Origin: Escherichia coli
Lineage (GTDB): Bacteria > Pseudomonadota > Gammaproteobacteria > Enterobacterales > Enterobacteriaceae
DNA: 64,000 bases
Assembly (NCBI RefSeq): GCF_036507355.1
Contig: NZ_AP027877.1
Strand: one strand, 5' to 3'
A program made the position numbers and the translations under genes. Of this stretch, positions 43,666-62,768 are shown piece by piece. Under the pieces are notes generated by a model. The model searched no databases. It was given only the letters and a program-made list of their open reading frames with translations, and was not told the origin of the DNA. Position 1 is the first letter of the stretch. Each line of letters opens with the position of its first letter.

Positions 43666-44163
43666 TTAAGCAGCTTCTTTCGCATCGCGTACAGCAGCCA
43701 GAGTACGAACCAGTTTGCCAGCCGAAGCTTCTTTCATGGTTGCCATCAGGCGTGCAATTGCTTCTTCGTAGGTCGGCAGAGTTGCCAGGCGGTCGATCTG
43801 AGACGCCGGGATCAGCTCACCTTCAAAGGCAGCGGCTTTGACCTCAAATTTTGCATTCGCTTTCGCGAACTCTTTGAACAGACGAGCAGCAGCGCCCGGG
43901 TGTTCCATAGAGTATGCAATCAGGGTCGGACCAACAAACGCGTCTTTCAGGCACTCGAACGGAGTACCTTCAACAGCACGGCGCAGCAGGGTGTTACGAA
44001 CAACACGCATGTATACGCCAGCTTCGCGACCTGCTTTACGCAGTTCAGTCATTTTATCTACAGTTACGCCACGGGAATCCGCAACTACTGCAGACAGCGC
44101 GCCTTTGGCTACTTCGCTGACTTCAGCAACAATCGCTTGTTTGTCTTGAAGATTTAAAGCCAT
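43666..44163 (-). CDS. rplJ: 50S ribosomal protein L10 (165 aa)
   Basis: ORF translation [165 protein letters not shown]. Confidence 0.98.
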
Positions 44164-44454
44164 TAGCTTTGCTCCTGGATGTTTGCCAGAGAAAATCTCT
44201 GGAACTCACTTCACTCCTCCAAACGGAGAGAGCGTCTTAATTACGGTGAGCAGAAACAAGCCAGAATATAAAAGAATAATCTTAGCGTTCTGTCACCGTC
44301 TACGCAGGGGATTAAGTTTCTTGCGAAACTCCTGCGGTCTTCGACGGAGGCCTGGATAGGCCAGGCTCCAACGAACAAATCTTTTTAGCTGCTAACTTTC
44401 GTTAGCATACGTGGGGCTAAGATTGTAGACAAAATCACCGCCCACGTAAAGGCA
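44164..44454 (-). promoter_or_regulatory. rplJL promoter and L10 autoregulatory leader region
   Basis: 291-bp untranslated region between rplA stop and rplJ start. Assigned by position and known operon architecture; structure not modelled. Confidence 0.5.
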
Positions 44455-45654
<1,200 letters not shown>

Positions 45655-45749
45655 TTACGGGCAAGACCCATAAAAACAAAAGGCGCGAAATTGTATTCCA
45701 ATCTCGCGCCTTGTGCAACGATTAAATCGCCGCTTTTTTGATCGCTGGG

Positions 45750-46295
45750 TTAGGCTTTTTCAACCTGGCTGAAGTCCAGCTCTACCGGGGTCGCACGACC
45801 GAAGATAGAAACAGACACTTTCAGACGAGATTTCTCGTAATCCACTTCTTCAACAACACCGTTGAAGTCAGCGAACGGACCATCATTAACACGGACCATT
45901 TCACCCGGTTCAAACAGCGTTTTCGGTCGCGGCTTATCACCAACCTGCTGCAGGCGGTTCATAATCGCATCGACTTCTTTATCGCTGATTGGCGCAGGAC
46001 GATCGGAAGTACCGCCGATGAAGCCCATCACACGCGGTACGCTGCGCACCAGGTGCCAGCTCGCGTCGTTCATCACCATCTGAACGAGGACGTAGCCAGG
46101 GAAGAATTTACGTTCGCTTTTGCGACGCTGACCGCCACGGATTTCAACCACTTCTTCGGTTGGTACCATGACTTCACCAAACAAATCTTCCATGTTGTGT
46201 AATTTGATATGCTCACGCAGCGACGTTGCTACGCGGCCTTCAAAACCGGAAAACGCCTGAACGACGTACCAGCGCTTTTTAGGAGCTTCAGACAT
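45750..46295 (-). CDS. nusG: Transcription antitermination factor NusG (181 aa)
   Basis: ORF translation [181 protein letters not shown]. Confidence 0.98.
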
Positions 46296-46296
46296 C

Positions 46297-46680
46297 TCAG
46301 AACCTCAGGCCAGTGATAAAGGATACCAGGCGAACCAGAATACCATCCAGTCCCCACAGGATCAGTGACATTACTGCGGTAACCGCAGCCACAATCAGCG
46401 TGGTGTGCAATGTTTCCTGGCGAGTCGGCCAAATGACCTTACGGACTTCGGTACGCGCTTCACGGGCAAAAGCAACGGTAGCTTTACCTTTTGTCGTTAA
46501 CAGCGCGACACCACCCGCTGCAGCAATCAGAATTACTACGGCCAGCGCACGCAGCGGCAGCATAATGTCGCGATAAAGGTAGTTGCCGACAATCGCCACC
46601 AGGAGCAATGCCACCACAACGACCCACTTCATCGCTTCCAGGCCGCGCCCGCCTCCTTGAGCTTCGGTATTCGCACTCAT
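46297..46680 (-). CDS. secE: Preprotein translocase subunit SecE (127 aa)
   Basis: ORF translation [127 protein letters not shown]. Confidence 0.97.
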   Translation of the reverse strand: MSANTEAQGGGRGLEAMKWVVVVALLLVAIVGNYLYRDIMLPLRALAVVILIAAAGGVALLTTKGKATVAFAREARTEVRKVIWPTRQETLHTTLIVAAVTAVMSLILWGLDGILVRLVSFITGLRF

Positions 46681-46851
46681 AAACCAACCTGTCAGAAGTA
46701 TTCTACAAACATTTTCACCCCGCGATCGCGAGGCAAACCAAATCGAAACGCGTATTAGCTTTTCGGATTATACGCCCTCAACAGAGCCTGTCTCAGCAAT
46801 GATTATGACAAAGAAAATCACTGATGAGCCAGGTTCTGGTACGAAAGCGTG

Positions 46852-46880
46852 CAAAAAGGGCATCAAATGATGCCCTTTTA
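46852..46880 (-). terminator. tufB terminator
   Basis: Minus-strand AAAAGGGCATCATTTGATGCCCTTTTTGC, 30 bp past tufB stop. Confidence 0.75.
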
Positions 46881-46909
46881 GTGCGCATTGCGTCAAATGT
46901 TATCGGCAA

Positions 46910-48130
<1,221 letters not shown>

Positions 48131-48208
48131 TCACCACATCAACCAGGCAACATGCCCGACTTGTTGAATGCAATAAACAGAAGGAAAAAACAGGGAGGAG
48201 AAAAGAAG

Positions 48209-48284
48209 TGGTGCTGATAGGCAGATTCGAACTGCCGACCTCACCCTTACCAAGGGTGCGCTCTACCAACTGAGCTATATCAGC
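48209..48284 (-). tRNA. thrT: tRNA-Thr (GGU)
   Basis: Reverse-complement GCTGATATAGCTCAGTTGGTAGAGCGCACCCTTGGTAAGGGTGAGGTCGGCAGTTCGAATCTGCCTATCAGCACCA. Confidence 0.95.
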
Positions 48285-48290
48285 ACATCT

Positions 48291-48365
<75 letters not shown>

Positions 48366-48481
48366 ATCCTGGAACTCGGCTACCTGATTTTCATTCTGCA
48401 CTGAATATCGAGAGAAGCTCTCTTTATTCGAGCCGGTAAGCGAACTTATCGTCTCGGGCTACGCCATCGCGTGGCCGAAAT

Positions 48482-48566
<85 letters not shown>

Positions 48567-48574
48567 GGACTTGA

Positions 48575-48650
<76 letters not shown>

Positions 48651-49011
48651 ATCAAGTAGCGCGCATTCTATGGAGACATGCGAGTTCATGCAACTAAAAA
48701 ATTGCATAATTTGTTTTATTGGTCACATTTTATGCGACACGATGAAGAAACAGCCGAATGGAGGGCAGATTAGCACACTTTTTCAACATCATTGTGCTCA
48801 ACAATGCGCTCCTGCTAAACCATAATTCTTTTTATCAGATGGAATATCTGTCACATTGCTTTTCAACGATAGCTTCCTGGGAGAGATTTTTTCTTATTAT
48901 TCCTCCCCATCTGGTGTTACCCTCCTGCCCATTAACCCATTCAACAGAACTGTGACGCGCCATGGCAAATATCGCTTTGCCGATAGAGCTATGACCGCCA
49001 GAAACATGCTT

Positions 49012-49962
49012 ATGAGTATAAAAGAGCAAACGTTAATGACGCCTTACCTACAGTTTGACCGCAACCAGTGGGCAGCTCTGCGTGATTCCGTACCTATGAC
49101 GTTATCGGAAGATGAGATCGCCCGTCTCAAAGGTATTAATGAAGATCTCTCGTTAGAAGAAGTTGCCGAGATCTATTTACCTCTGTCACGTTTGCTGAAC
49201 TTCTATATAAGCTCGAATCTGCGCCGTCAGGCAGTTCTGGAACAGTTTCTTGGTACCAACGGGCAACGCATTCCTTACATTATCAGTATTGCTGGTAGTG
49301 TCGCGGTGGGGAAAAGTACAACCGCCCGTGTATTGCAGGCACTATTAAGCCGTTGGCCGGAACATCGTCGTGTTGAACTGATCACTACAGATGGCTTCCT
49401 TCACCCTAATCAGGTTCTGAAAGAACGTGGTCTGATGAAGAAGAAAGGCTTCCCGGAATCGTATGATATGCATCGCCTGGTGAAGTTTGTTTCCGATCTC
49501 AAGTCCGGCGTGCCAAACGTTACAGCCCCTGTTTACTCGCATCTTATTTATGATGTGATCCCGGATGGAGATAAAACTGTTGTTCAGCCTGATATTTTAA
49601 TTCTTGAAGGGTTAAATGTCTTACAGAGCGGGATGGATTATCCACACGATCCACATCATGTATTTGTTTCTGATTTTGTCGATTTTTCGATATATGTTGA
49701 TGCACCGGAAGACTTACTTCAGACATGGTATATCAACCGTTTTCTGAAATTCCGCGAAGGGGCTTTTACAGACCCGGATTCCTATTTTCATAACTACGCG
49801 AAATTAACTAAAGAAGAAGCTATTAAGACTGCCATGACGTTGTGGAAAGAGATCAACTGGCTGAACTTAAAGCAAAATATTCTACCTACTCGCGAGCGCG
49901 CCAGTTTAATCCTGACGAAAAGTGCTAATCATGCGGTAGAAGAGGTCAGACTACGCAAATAA
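49012..49962 (+). CDS. coaA: Pantothenate kinase (316 aa)
   Basis: ORF 48856..49962 contains [61 protein letters not shown] and P-loop GSVAVGKST; start taken at MSIKEQ. Confidence 0.93.
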
Positions 49963-49965
49963 TTT

Positions 49966-49998
49966 GCAGGGGAGCTAATGCTCCCCTTTCTTATTTTT
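49966..49998. terminator. Hairpin between convergent coaA and birA (terminator for coaA; overlaps birA stop)
   Basis: caggggagctaatgctcccctttcttattttt: 8-bp GC-rich stem plus T-run on plus strand. Confidence 0.65.
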
Positions 49999-50956
49999 CT
50001 GCACTACGCAGGGATATTTCACCGCCCATCCAGGGTTTTATTATTCCATCCTGCTCAAGCAATAAAGCGCCCTGTTTGTCTATTCCGCGTGAAATGCCAA
50101 ATATTTCTTTATCACCAATGATAAGTTTCACTGGGCGATTAATAAAATTATCCAGCTTTTCCCAGCGCGAAAGATAAGGTGCCAATCCTTCTTGTTCGAA
50201 GAGTTCCAGCGCCGCGCGTAATTCACGTATTAGCATGGCCGCCAACGTATTACGATCGAGATTGATCCCCGCTTCCTGCAGCGTGATCCACCCCTGATTA
50301 ACGACACTCTCTTCAACACGACGCATTGCCATGTTGATCCCGGCTCCAATGACTATTTGCGCCGCATCGCCGGTTTTACCAGTCAGCTCCACAAGAATGC
50401 CTGCCAGCTTGCGATCCTGCAGATAGAGGTCATTAGGCCATTTGACACGAACTTTATCTGCTCCCAGCTTGCGTAATACTTCCGCCATCACGATACCGAT
50501 AACCAGACTTAAACCAATCGCCGCCGCCGGGCCTTGTTCCAGACGCCAGAACATCGACAAATATAAGTTTGCGCCAAAAGGCGAAAACCATTTCCGCCCC
50601 CGGCGACCACGGCCAGCCTGCTGGTATTCTGCAACGCAGGCATCGCCCGATTTAAGCTCTCCGATACGATCAAGAAGGTACTGATTCGTGGAGTCAATAA
50701 CTGGCAGCACGGCTACACTACCGCCATCCAGCTGACCCAATATCTGTTCAGCATTAAGTAACTGGATGGGCTCAGGCAGGCTGTATCCTTTACCCGGAAC
50801 GGTAAAGACATCAACGCCCCAGTCACGCAGTGTCTGAATGTGTTTATTAATAGCCGCCCGGCTCATTCCCAGCGTTTCACCCAACTGCTCGCCAGAGTGA
50901 AATTCACCGTTCGCTAACAGGGCAATCAATTTCAGTGGCACGGTGTTATCCTTCAT
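49991..50956 (-). CDS. birA: Biotin-protein ligase / bio operon repressor (321 aa)
   Basis: ORF translation [79 protein letters not shown]... Confidence 0.95.
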   Translation of the reverse strand: MKDNTVPLKLIALLANGEFHSGEQLGETLGMSRAAINKHIQTLRDWGVDVFTVPGKGYSLPEPIQLLNAEQILGQLDGGSVAVLPVIDSTNQYLLDRIGELKSGDACVAEYQQAGRGRRGRKWFSPFGANLYLSMFWRLEQGPAAAIGLSLVIGIVMAEVLRKLGADKVRVKWPNDLYLQDRKLAGILVELTGKTGDAAQIVIGAGINMAMRRVEESVVNQGWITLQEAGINLDRNTLAAMLIRELRAALELFEQEGLAPYLSRWEKLDNFINRPVKLIIGDKEIFGISRGIDKQGALLLEQDGIIKPWMGGEISLRSAEK

Positions 50957-51981
50957 GAAATTGTCTCCACTGCGCTCACTTCACCTGATGCACCAATAAA
51001 GCGGACTTCAGGCTCAAGCCAGACATTAAATTTTTCACCCACTTTTTGTCTTACATGGTGTGCCAGTTGCACCACATCTTCGCTTTTTGCATTGTCTTCA
51101 TTAATGAGAACTAACGCCTGTTGACGGTGCACCGCAGCCCCACCCATTTGCATCCCTTTTAGCTGGCACTGATCGATAAGCCAACCTGCTGCCAGTTTTA
51201 CTGAACCATCCGCCTGGGGGTAATTTGGTGCTGTTGGAAATTGTGACAGTAATGCTTTAGCCGTTTCGGCAGATACAACAGGGTTTTTGAAGAAACTACC
51301 GGCATTGCCATTCACTTTTGGATCAGGGAGTTTGGTGGTGCGCATATGACACACCGCATTAAATACTTGCTGTGGCGTTACTGTTGTAGGCTCCAGACGA
51401 GTTAAGTCACCATACGTTAGTACAGGTTGCCACTCTTTTGGCAGACGCAGACCTACGGCTACAATGGCGAAGCGGTCCTGGTATTCATGTTTAAAAATAC
51501 TGTCGCGATAGCCAAAACGGCACTCTTTGGCAGTTAAGCGCACTTGCTTGCCTGTCGCCAGTTCAACACAATCAACATAAGCGCAAACTCGCTGTAATTC
51601 TACGCCATAAGCACCAATATTCTGGATAGGTGATGAGCCGACACAACCAGGAATTAATGCCAGATTTTCCAGACCAGGCATACCTTCCTGCAAAGTGTAT
51701 TTTACCAGGCGATGCCAGTTTTCTCCGGCTCCTACATGTAAATACCACGCATCAGGTTCATCATGAATTTCGATACCTTTGATCCGGTTGATGATCACCG
51801 TGCCGCGATAGTCTTCCAGAAAAAGTACATTACTTCCTTCACCCAGAATAAGAACGGGTTGCCCTTCTGCGGTTGCATGCTGCCAGGCATTGAGTAGTTG
51901 TTGTTCGTCTTCGGCACATACAATGTGCTGAGCATTATGATCAATGCCAAATGTGTTCCAGGGTTTTAAGGAGTGGTTCAT
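50953..51981 (-). CDS. murB: UDP-N-acetylenolpyruvoylglucosamine reductase (342 aa)
   Basis: ORF translation [71 protein letters not shown]...; overlaps birA start by 4 bp. Confidence 0.95.
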   Translation of the reverse strand: MNHSLKPWNTFGIDHNAQHIVCAEDEQQLLNAWQHATAEGQPVLILGEGSNVLFLEDYRGTVIINRIKGIEIHDEPDAWYLHVGAGENWHRLVKYTLQEGMPGLENLALIPGCVGSSPIQNIGAYGVELQRVCAYVDCVELATGKQVRLTAKECRFGYRDSIFKHEYQDRFAIVAVGLRLPKEWQPVLTYGDLTRLEPTTVTPQQVFNAVCHMRTTKLPDPKVNGNAGSFFKNPVVSAETAKALLSQFPTAPNYPQADGSVKLAAGWLIDQCQLKGMQMGGAAVHRQQALVLINEDNAKSEDVVQLAHHVRQKVGEKFNVWLEPEVRFIGASGEVSAVETIS

Positions 51982-52069
51982 AGCTGCTTTCCTGATGCAA
52001 AAACGAGGCTAGTTTACCGTATCTGTGGGGGGATGGCTTGTAGTTATGACGACAGGGAGAGTTTGTAGA

Positions 52070-52102
52070 AACGCAAAAAGGCCCAGTCTTCCGACCGGGC
52101 CT
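52070..52102 (-). terminator. Single intrinsic terminator hairpin immediately 3' of rrfB
   Basis: Minus-strand AAATTAAGCAGAAGGCCCGGTCGGAAGACTGGGCCTTTTTGCGTTTCT (stem GGCCCGGTC/GACTGGGCC, T-run); only hairpin in the 134-bp rrfB-murB gap. Confidence 0.75.
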
Positions 52103-52115
52103 TCTGCTTAATTTG

Positions 52116-52235
52116 ATGCCTGGCAGTTCCCTACTCTCGCATGGGGAGACCCCACACTACCATCGGCGCTACGGCGTTTCACTTCTGAGTTCGGCATGGG
52201 ATCAGGTGGGACCACCGCGCTACGGCCGCCAGGCA
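52116..52235 (-). rRNA. rrfB: 5S ribosomal RNA
   Basis: Canonical 5S sequence on minus strand; differs from the rrfE copy at one position (gggatcagg here, ggggtcagg in rrfE). Confidence 0.97.
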
Positions 52236-52328
52236 AATTCTGTTTTATCAGACCGCTTCTGCGTTCTGATTTAATCTGTATCAGGCTGAAAATCTTCTCT
52301 CAATCCGCCAAAACAGCTTCGGCGTTGT

Positions 52329-55231
<2,903 letters not shown>

Positions 55232-55424
55232 TCACAACCCGAAGATGTTTCTTTCGATTCATCATCGTGTTGCGAAAATTTGAGAGACTCACGAACAACT
55301 CTCGTTGTTCAGTGTTTCAATTTTCAGCTTGATCCAGATTTTTAAAGAGCAAATATCTCAAACATCACCCGAAGATGAGTTTTGAGATATTAAGGTCGGC
55401 GACTTTCACTCACAAACCAGCAAG

Positions 55425-55500
55425 TGGCGTCCCCTAGGGGATTCGAACCCCTGTTACCGCCGTGAAAGGGCGGTGTCCTGGGCCTCTAGACGAAGGGGAC
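55425..55500 (-). tRNA. gltT: tRNA-Glu (UUC) in 16S-23S spacer
   Basis: Same 76-nt tRNA-Glu sequence as in rrnE. Confidence 0.96.
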
Positions 55501-55585
55501 GTATCAGTCTGCTTCGCAAGACGCCTTGCTTTTCACTTTCTATCAGACAATCTGTGTGAGCACTACAAAGAACGCTTCTTTAAGG

Positions 55586-57127
<1,542 letters not shown>

Positions 57128-57308
57128 AAAAGTTTGATGCTCAAAGAATTAAACTTCGTAATGAATTACGTGTTCACTCTTGAGACTTGGTATTCATTTT
57201 TCGTCTTGCGACGTTAAGAATCCGTATCTTCGAGTGCCCACACAGATTGTCTGATAAATTGTTAAAGAGCAGTGCCGCTTCGCTTTTTCTCAGCGGCGCG
57301 GGGTGTGC

Positions 57309-57455
57309 ATAATACACTTTCCCACTACAGAGTCAAGCATTTATTTTTGCTTTCTCTGCCGGAATTCTCAGGAGAACCCCGCTGACCCGGCGGCGTGTTT
57401 GCCGTTGTTCCGTGTCAGTGGTGGCGCATTATAGGGAGTTATTCCGGCCTGACAA
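57309..57455 (-). promoter_or_regulatory. rrnB tandem promoters P1 and P2
   Basis: Minus strand: P1 TTGTCAGGCCGGAATAACTCCCTATAATGCGCCACCACTG (-35 57450-57455, -10 57428-57433); P2 TTGACT...TATTATG (-35 57331-57336, -10 57309-57314); AT-rich UP/Fis-type sequence upstream. Confidence 0.85.
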
Positions 57456-57500
57456 GAGGAAATTTAAAATAATTTTCCGACCGCGCAACATTCAACCAAA

Positions 57501-58358
57501 TCAGCCTAAAACTGCCAGTTTTTCGAGCGTTTCGAAGCCGTAACGCTGTAAAACGGGCAATAATTGTTCAGCTTCTGGCGTCATTGCCATACAAAAGGCA
57601 ATATTCGCATCGGCAGATTTTGCATCCGGGGCTTCATGTTCTAACAACCAGGCCGTTCGGCGAGCAATCGCTGCGCCAGAATCCACCAGCCGGGTTCCCT
57701 CTGGCAGCACTTGTAACAGTTCTTCTTGTAGTAGAGGGAAATGGGTGCAACCCAATACAACGGTATCTGGCGGCTCTTTCATTCTTAACCACGGGCGTAG
57801 GATACGTTTTAGTGCATCCAGAGAAACATCTTCGCCATGCAGCTTCGCTTCAGCCAACTCAACCATCTCTGCCGAGCCCAGCATTTCTATCTGGCATTCA
57901 TTAGCGAAACGCGCGATCAGCTCATGAGTATAAGAACGTTTAACTGTTCCGCGGGTTGCCAGTAATCCGACAATGCCATTTGCCGTCAGACGTGCAGCAG
58001 GTTTAATCGCCGGCACGACACCAACAACCGGGAAGTCGAACTTTTCGCGTAATGCAGGAAGTGAAACGGTACTGGCGGTGTTGCAAGCGACCACAGCCAG
58101 CGCAAGGGGATAACGTTCTTGCACCGCGGTGACAATTGCCACCACTCGCTCAACAATAAACGCTTCGCTTTTTTCGCCATACGGGAAAGCGACGTTATCG
58201 AAAGCATAAATGTAATGGAGATCCGGTAAGAGATGCCGGATCTCGTCATAGACCGACAACCCACCGACGCCGGAGTCAAACACCAGCACGGTGGGACGTG
58301 GTTCAGAAGGTGTAGCTGCCAGACAAGGTGTATTTCCGTCCTGCAGTTTGGTAGCCAT
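57501..58358 (-). CDS. murI: Glutamate racemase (285 aa)
   Basis: ORF 57501..58370 contains [65 protein letters not shown]; start taken at MATKL, overlapping btuB 3' end by 56 bp. Confidence 0.93.
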   Translation of the reverse strand: MATKLQDGNTPCLAATPSEPRPTVLVFDSGVGGLSVYDEIRHLLPDLHYIYAFDNVAFPYGEKSEAFIVERVVAIVTAVQERYPLALAVVACNTASTVSLPALREKFDFPVVGVVPAIKPAARLTANGIVGLLATRGTVKRSYTHELIARFANECQIEMLGSAEMVELAEAKLHGEDVSLDALKRILRPWLRMKEPPDTVVLGCTHFPLLQEELLQVLPEGTRLVDSGAAIARRTAWLLEHEAPDAKSADANIAFCMAMTPEAEQLLPVLQRYGFETLEKLAVLG

Positions 58359-60147
58359 AGACTGTCTCATAATCTTTGTCGAACAGGTTGGCTATTTTAC
58401 CACGAACTGTCAGATGAGAGGTGACCGGATACGCAACCGCAAGATCCCACAAGCTCACACCGCCCATTTTAACGGTTTGATAAGGATAAGATGAGTAATC
58501 CTTATCATAGCGAGTGCCTAAATACTGATAAGTAATACCCCAGTCGAAGTCATACAACTGCCAGTCGAGCTGGTATTTCACCTGCTGTTTAGCACGGCGT
58601 AACAACGGCGTGTCGGTAATCGCATTGCGCGCATCGACATAATCATAACTCACAGTATGCGTCAGTGGTCCGGTATCAAAATTGGCGGTCGCCTCGACGC
58701 CCTTAATCCGCGCTTTCCCTTCGTTGTAATATTTCAGGGTGTGATCATCATAATCGATCAAGTCACTGACATCGTTACGATATCCGGAAATACGCCAGTT
58801 CACCCCAGCGGTTAAGCCTTCAAACGCGCCTTCCCACTGTTTGCTTTTCTCCGGGTCCAGATTTGGATTTCCGTAGAAGCCATACAGTTGCCCCAGATTT
58901 GGTGCCTTATAAGATGTCCCGTAGGAAGCAATGAAGCGATAACCTTCGATGAATTCCCAACCGGCGCTGGTTTGCCAGGTTCCATGACGACCAAACTGTG
59001 AGTTATCGTCGCTGCGTGCTGCGCCTTCAAAGGTAAAATCGCCGACTTGTTGCAGCCCGGTCAGATAGATGCCGGTATTACGTTGATCATATCCATCCTC
59101 AACATAACCTGTACCCGGCGTCGTAGTCTGTTTCTGCCAGTCGACACCCGCACCAATACTACCGTGACCAACGATGACATTGTTTGCCCACTGGACGGTG
59201 TATTGCTTCATCTCATCGAGCGTCGCCGACGAATCATAACGACCATAATGGGGATCGTAGTTGTAATCTTTGCTATGGCTATAGCTGGTAATGAGTTGTG
59301 ATTTAATCAGTTCGCCGTTATAGCGCAGCCCGGCGTCCCAACTTTGGCTATAGAGTTTACGGGTATCGACCAACGGTGAACCGGGAGAATAATACGCGTC
59401 ATAATTGGTACGGTTATCATAGCCATAGCCGCGCACAAAGCCGCTCCAGGCATCAGTAAAGTTATGCTCCAGCGCGCCATAAAGCGTTTTACTTAAAAAA
59501 CCATCGTTATCTGTCTGCGCTTGCGTTCCGGTATTACCATAGGCAACAACATCATAACCATGAGTATGGGCATAATCGCCCAACAACGTTACTCGTGTCT
59601 TATCACCCAGTTGTTGCTGTGTAGAGACATCATAGTTTTGATAACTATTGCTTCCCCACCCTGCTGAAATTTCCGTTCCGGGTTCATCGCGCGTCGTGAT
59701 GATATTCACCACCCCGCCTATTGCATCGGAACCATAAACGGCGGAGCGCGGCCCACGGATATATTCAACACGCTGGACAAGCGCAATCGGGAACTGGCTA
59801 AGGTCGGCAGAACCACTCACCCCCGCCAGATTCAGGCGTACGCCATCAATTAACACCAACACATGACTGGCATTTGTACCGCGAATAAAAATAGATGAGA
59901 GCTGACCTGAACCGCCGTTTTGGGTGATATCGACGCCCGGAAGACGGCGCAGCACATCATTAACCGAGGTCGACTGCCAGCGGTCGATATCCTGACGCGT
60001 CACAACGGTGGTTGGTGCAAGCACAGTGCTGCGCGGCTGTTCAAAACGGTTAGCAGTAACGACGAGAGTATCCGGGCTGGTATCCTGTGCCCAAGCGGAA
60101 AAGGCTGTGACAGAACACGCCGTCAGCAGCGAAGCTTTTTTAATCAT
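58303..60147 (-). CDS. btuB: TonB-dependent vitamin B12 outer-membrane transporter (614 aa)
   Basis: ORF 58303..60192 contains [58 protein letters not shown] (TonB box DTLVVTA) and C-terminal F; start taken at MIKKAS. Confidence 0.95.
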   Translation of the reverse strand: MIKKASLLTACSVTAFSAWAQDTSPDTLVVTANRFEQPRSTVLAPTTVVTRQDIDRWQSTSVNDVLRRLPGVDITQNGGSGQLSSIFIRGTNASHVLVLIDGVRLNLAGVSGSADLSQFPIALVQRVEYIRGPRSAVYGSDAIGGVVNIITTRDEPGTEISAGWGSNSYQNYDVSTQQQLGDKTRVTLLGDYAHTHGYDVVAYGNTGTQAQTDNDGFLSKTLYGALEHNFTDAWSGFVRGYGYDNRTNYDAYYSPGSPLVDTRKLYSQSWDAGLRYNGELIKSQLITSYSHSKDYNYDPHYGRYDSSATLDEMKQYTVQWANNVIVGHGSIGAGVDWQKQTTTPGTGYVEDGYDQRNTGIYLTGLQQVGDFTFEGAARSDDNSQFGRHGTWQTSAGWEFIEGYRFIASYGTSYKAPNLGQLYGFYGNPNLDPEKSKQWEGAFEGLTAGVNWRISGYRNDVSDLIDYDDHTLKYYNEGKARIKGVEATANFDTGPLTHTVSYDYVDARNAITDTPLLRRAKQQVKYQLDWQLYDFDWGITYQYLGTRYDKDYSSYPYQTVKMGGVSLWDLAVAYPVTSHLTVRGKIANLFDKDYETVYGYQTAGRKYTLSGSYTF

Positions 60148-60149
60148 TG

Positions 60150-60390
60150 TAAAGCATCCACAATAGAAGAAGGATGCCGCAGGTTTCATCAATATTACGC
60201 GATGATGAGAACCAGATGCGACGTTGGCCGGCAGGTCTTCGGGCTTGGAGGGGTATCTAAGATACTAAGAGATGATGACTTCCCACCGAATGGCAGTGTC
60301 CGCATAACGCAATCATCGCACCTTTCCTTACCGCTGCGCGTCAGCTCCAGATTCGCACTGGATTCCCTATTAACTCACAGGACCGGCAAG
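60150..60390 (-). promoter_or_regulatory. Cobalamin (AdoCbl) riboswitch in btuB leader
   Basis: Minus-strand leader contains the B12-box AAGCCCGAAGACCTGCCGGCC and upstream GGTGCGATGATTGCGTTATGCGGACACTGCCATTCGGTGGGAAGTCATCATC elements ahead of the btuB start. Confidence 0.85.
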
Positions 60391-60515
60391 TGGATGCTAC
60401 AGGTTGTAACAAGTTACTGTCCAGACGTAGCTCACAAATAGGAATTCATCAAGATCTGGACATCTGATGAGCAATCCCTACAATCGCCGCGTACTTTAAT
60501 TTTTCAGGATACATC

Positions 60516-61616
60516 ATGACCCCCGAACACCTTCCAACAGAACAGTATGAAGCGCAGTTAGCCGAAAAAGTGGTACGTTTGCAAAGTATGATGGCACCGT
60601 TTTCTGACCTGGTTCCGGAAGTGTTTCGCTCGCCGGTCAGTCATTACCGGATGCGTGCGGAGTTCCGCATCTGGCACGATGGCGATGACCTGTATCACAT
60701 CATTTTCGATCAACAAACCAAAAGCCGTATCCGCGTGGATAGCTTCCCCGCCGCCAGTGAACTCATCAACCAGTTGATGACGGCGATGATTGCGGGTGTG
60801 CGTAATAATCCCGTTCTGCGCCACAAGTTGTTCCAGATTGATTACCTCACCACGCTGAGTAATCAGGCGGTGGTTTCCTTGCTGTACCATAAAAAGCTGG
60901 ATGATGAGTGGCGTCAGGAAGCGGAAGCCCTGCGCGATGCACTGCGAGCACAGAATCTGAATGTGCATCTGATTGGTCGGGCAACGAAAACCAAAATCGC
61001 GCTGGATCAAGATTACATCGACGAACGTCTGCCGGTCGCAGGGAAAGAGATGATCTACCGTCAGGTAGAAAACAGCTTTACCCAGCCGAACGCGGCGATG
61101 AATATTCAGATGCTGGAATGGGCGCTGGACGTAACCAAAGGCTCAAAAGGCGATTTACTGGAGCTGTACTGCGGCAACGGTAACTTCTCATTAGCCCTGG
61201 CGCGCAATTTTGATCGGGTATTAGCCACCGAAATCGCCAAGCCGTCAGTCGCTGCCGCGCAATACAATATTGCCGCTAACCATATTGATAACGTACAAAT
61301 TATTCGTATGGCGGCAGAAGAATTTACTCAGGCGATGAATGGCGTGCGCGAGTTTAACCGCCTGCAAGGGATCGACTTAAAGAGCTATCAGTGCGAAACC
61401 ATTTTTGTCGACCCGCCGCGCAGCGGTCTGGACAGTGAAACCGAGAAAATGGTGCAGGCGTATCCACGTATTCTGTATATCTCCTGCAATCCGGAAACGT
61501 TATGCAAGAATCTGGAAACATTAAGCCAGACGCACAAGGTCGAACGTCTGGCTCTGTTTGATCAGTTCCCCTACACGCACCATATGGAGTGCGGCGTATT
61601 ACTGACCGCGAAGTAA
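60516..61616 (+). CDS. trmA: tRNA (uracil54-C5)-methyltransferase (366 aa)
   Basis: ORF translation [88 protein letters not shown]... Confidence 0.95.
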   Translation: MTPEHLPTEQYEAQLAEKVVRLQSMMAPFSDLVPEVFRSPVSHYRMRAEFRIWHDGDDLYHIIFDQQTKSRIRVDSFPAASELINQLMTAMIAGVRNNPVLRHKLFQIDYLTTLSNQAVVSLLYHKKLDDEWRQEAEALRDALRAQNLNVHLIGRATKTKIALDQDYIDERLPVAGKEMIYRQVENSFTQPNAAMNIQMLEWALDVTKGSKGDLLELYCGNGNFSLALARNFDRVLATEIAKPSVAAAQYNIAANHIDNVQIIRMAAEEFTQAMNGVREFNRLQGIDLKSYQCETIFVDPPRSGLDSETEKMVQAYPRILYISCNPETLCKNLETLSQTHKVERLALFDQFPYTHHMECGVLLTAK

Positions 61617-61621
61617 AACCC

Positions 61622-61647
61622 ATGCCGGATGCGCCAGCATCCGGCAT
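61622..61647. terminator. 11-bp-stem hairpin between convergent trmA and yijD
   Basis: atgccggatgc-gcca-gcatccggcat perfect palindrome; lacks a strong T-run on either side, so terminator function is uncertain. Confidence 0.45.
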
Positions 61648-61655
61648 GATACCGA

Positions 61656-62015
61656 TTACTCAGCAACTTCCTGCTTACGGTTACGCATCTTCGCGCCAAT
61701 CCAGAACACCATAATGACGGAGAGTACTGCCGGGAAGAAGTTAGAGCCGATATCCGGATATTCCGCACGAACTACCGTGCTGTACAGCAGTACGCCGAGA
61801 ATAAAACAGGCAGCTGCCAGACCCGGCAAGCCTACCGGCATGGTGCGATTAAGATAACGTTGATGCAGGCAGTAAACCGTCAGCACCAGGGAAATAATCG
61901 GGAATACAGAAAATGGCACAATGGAGCTAAACAGCGCTGCGAAAGTACCATTAATCGATAAGCCAGCAACCAACGCCAGCAGCAGCGTACCTCTATCTTG
62001 ATTTGCTTGTTTCAT
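61656..62015 (-). CDS. yijD: Inner-membrane protein YijD (119 aa)
   Basis: ORF translation [119 protein letters not shown]; ATG shares one nucleotide with fabR stop. Confidence 0.9.
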
Positions 62016-62662
62016 TACTCGTCCTTCACATTTCCCGGAATAATTGCGGTTTTCTCTTGTTCACGGCGATACCAGTAATAAGCCCCTTTCGAAATCATTC
62101 GCAGTTGCAGTACCAGTCGCTCTTCTAATTGCCGACGTTGTTCGACGCCGACGTCCAACGCCTCGGCACCCGCACTGAAGACAATTGTCACCATTGCTTC
62201 GGCTTGCGCTTCAGTAAACGCACGCGGCATATGGTTTTCGAGTTCCAGATAGTCCGCAAGTTCCGCAATGAAGTGCTGAATTTCACGCGCAACGGCGGCA
62301 CGAAACGCAGCGGAGGTGCCGGAGCGTTCCCGCAATAATAACCGGAAGGCGTTAGGATTATTACCGATGAACTCCATAAATGTGGAGACCGAGGTGCGGA
62401 TCACACTCCCGCCTTTGGCGATACGCTGACGCGCCTGGCGCATGAGTTGGCGTAGCATTAAACCGCTCTCATCAACCATGGTCAGACCCAGTTCGTCTAC
62501 GTCGCGGAAATGCCGATAAAAAGAGGTGGGAGCAATGCCCGCTTCACGCGCCACTTCACGCAAACTCAGGCTGGCGAAGCTGCGTTCAGCACTTAATTGG
62601 CTAAATGCGGCTTCCACCAGCGAACGGCGGGTTTTTTCTTTTTGTTGCGCTCTTACGCCCAT
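62015..62662 (-). CDS. fabR: TetR-family repressor of unsaturated fatty-acid biosynthesis (215 aa)
   Basis: ORF 62015..62758 contains [68 protein letters not shown]; start taken at MGVRAQ (reverse-complement ATG at 62660-62662). Confidence 0.9.
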
Positions 62663-62768
62663 CACGATGTCTGAATCCTTGCCAAAAGTACTGCTGGCAC
62701 TATACCAGAGAATGAACATACTGGATTGCTCCAGTATTGTGAATGAACGGTAACGCAATAAAACATAT

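Noticed and set aside
48366-48481. 116-bp spacer between glyT and tyrU as a possible extra tRNA or small RNA
   Set aside because: No cloverleaf-compatible sequence and no conserved tRNA boxes; contains only a short hairpin (gagag...ctctc). Consistent with a processed spacer of the polycistronic tRNA-tufB transcript.
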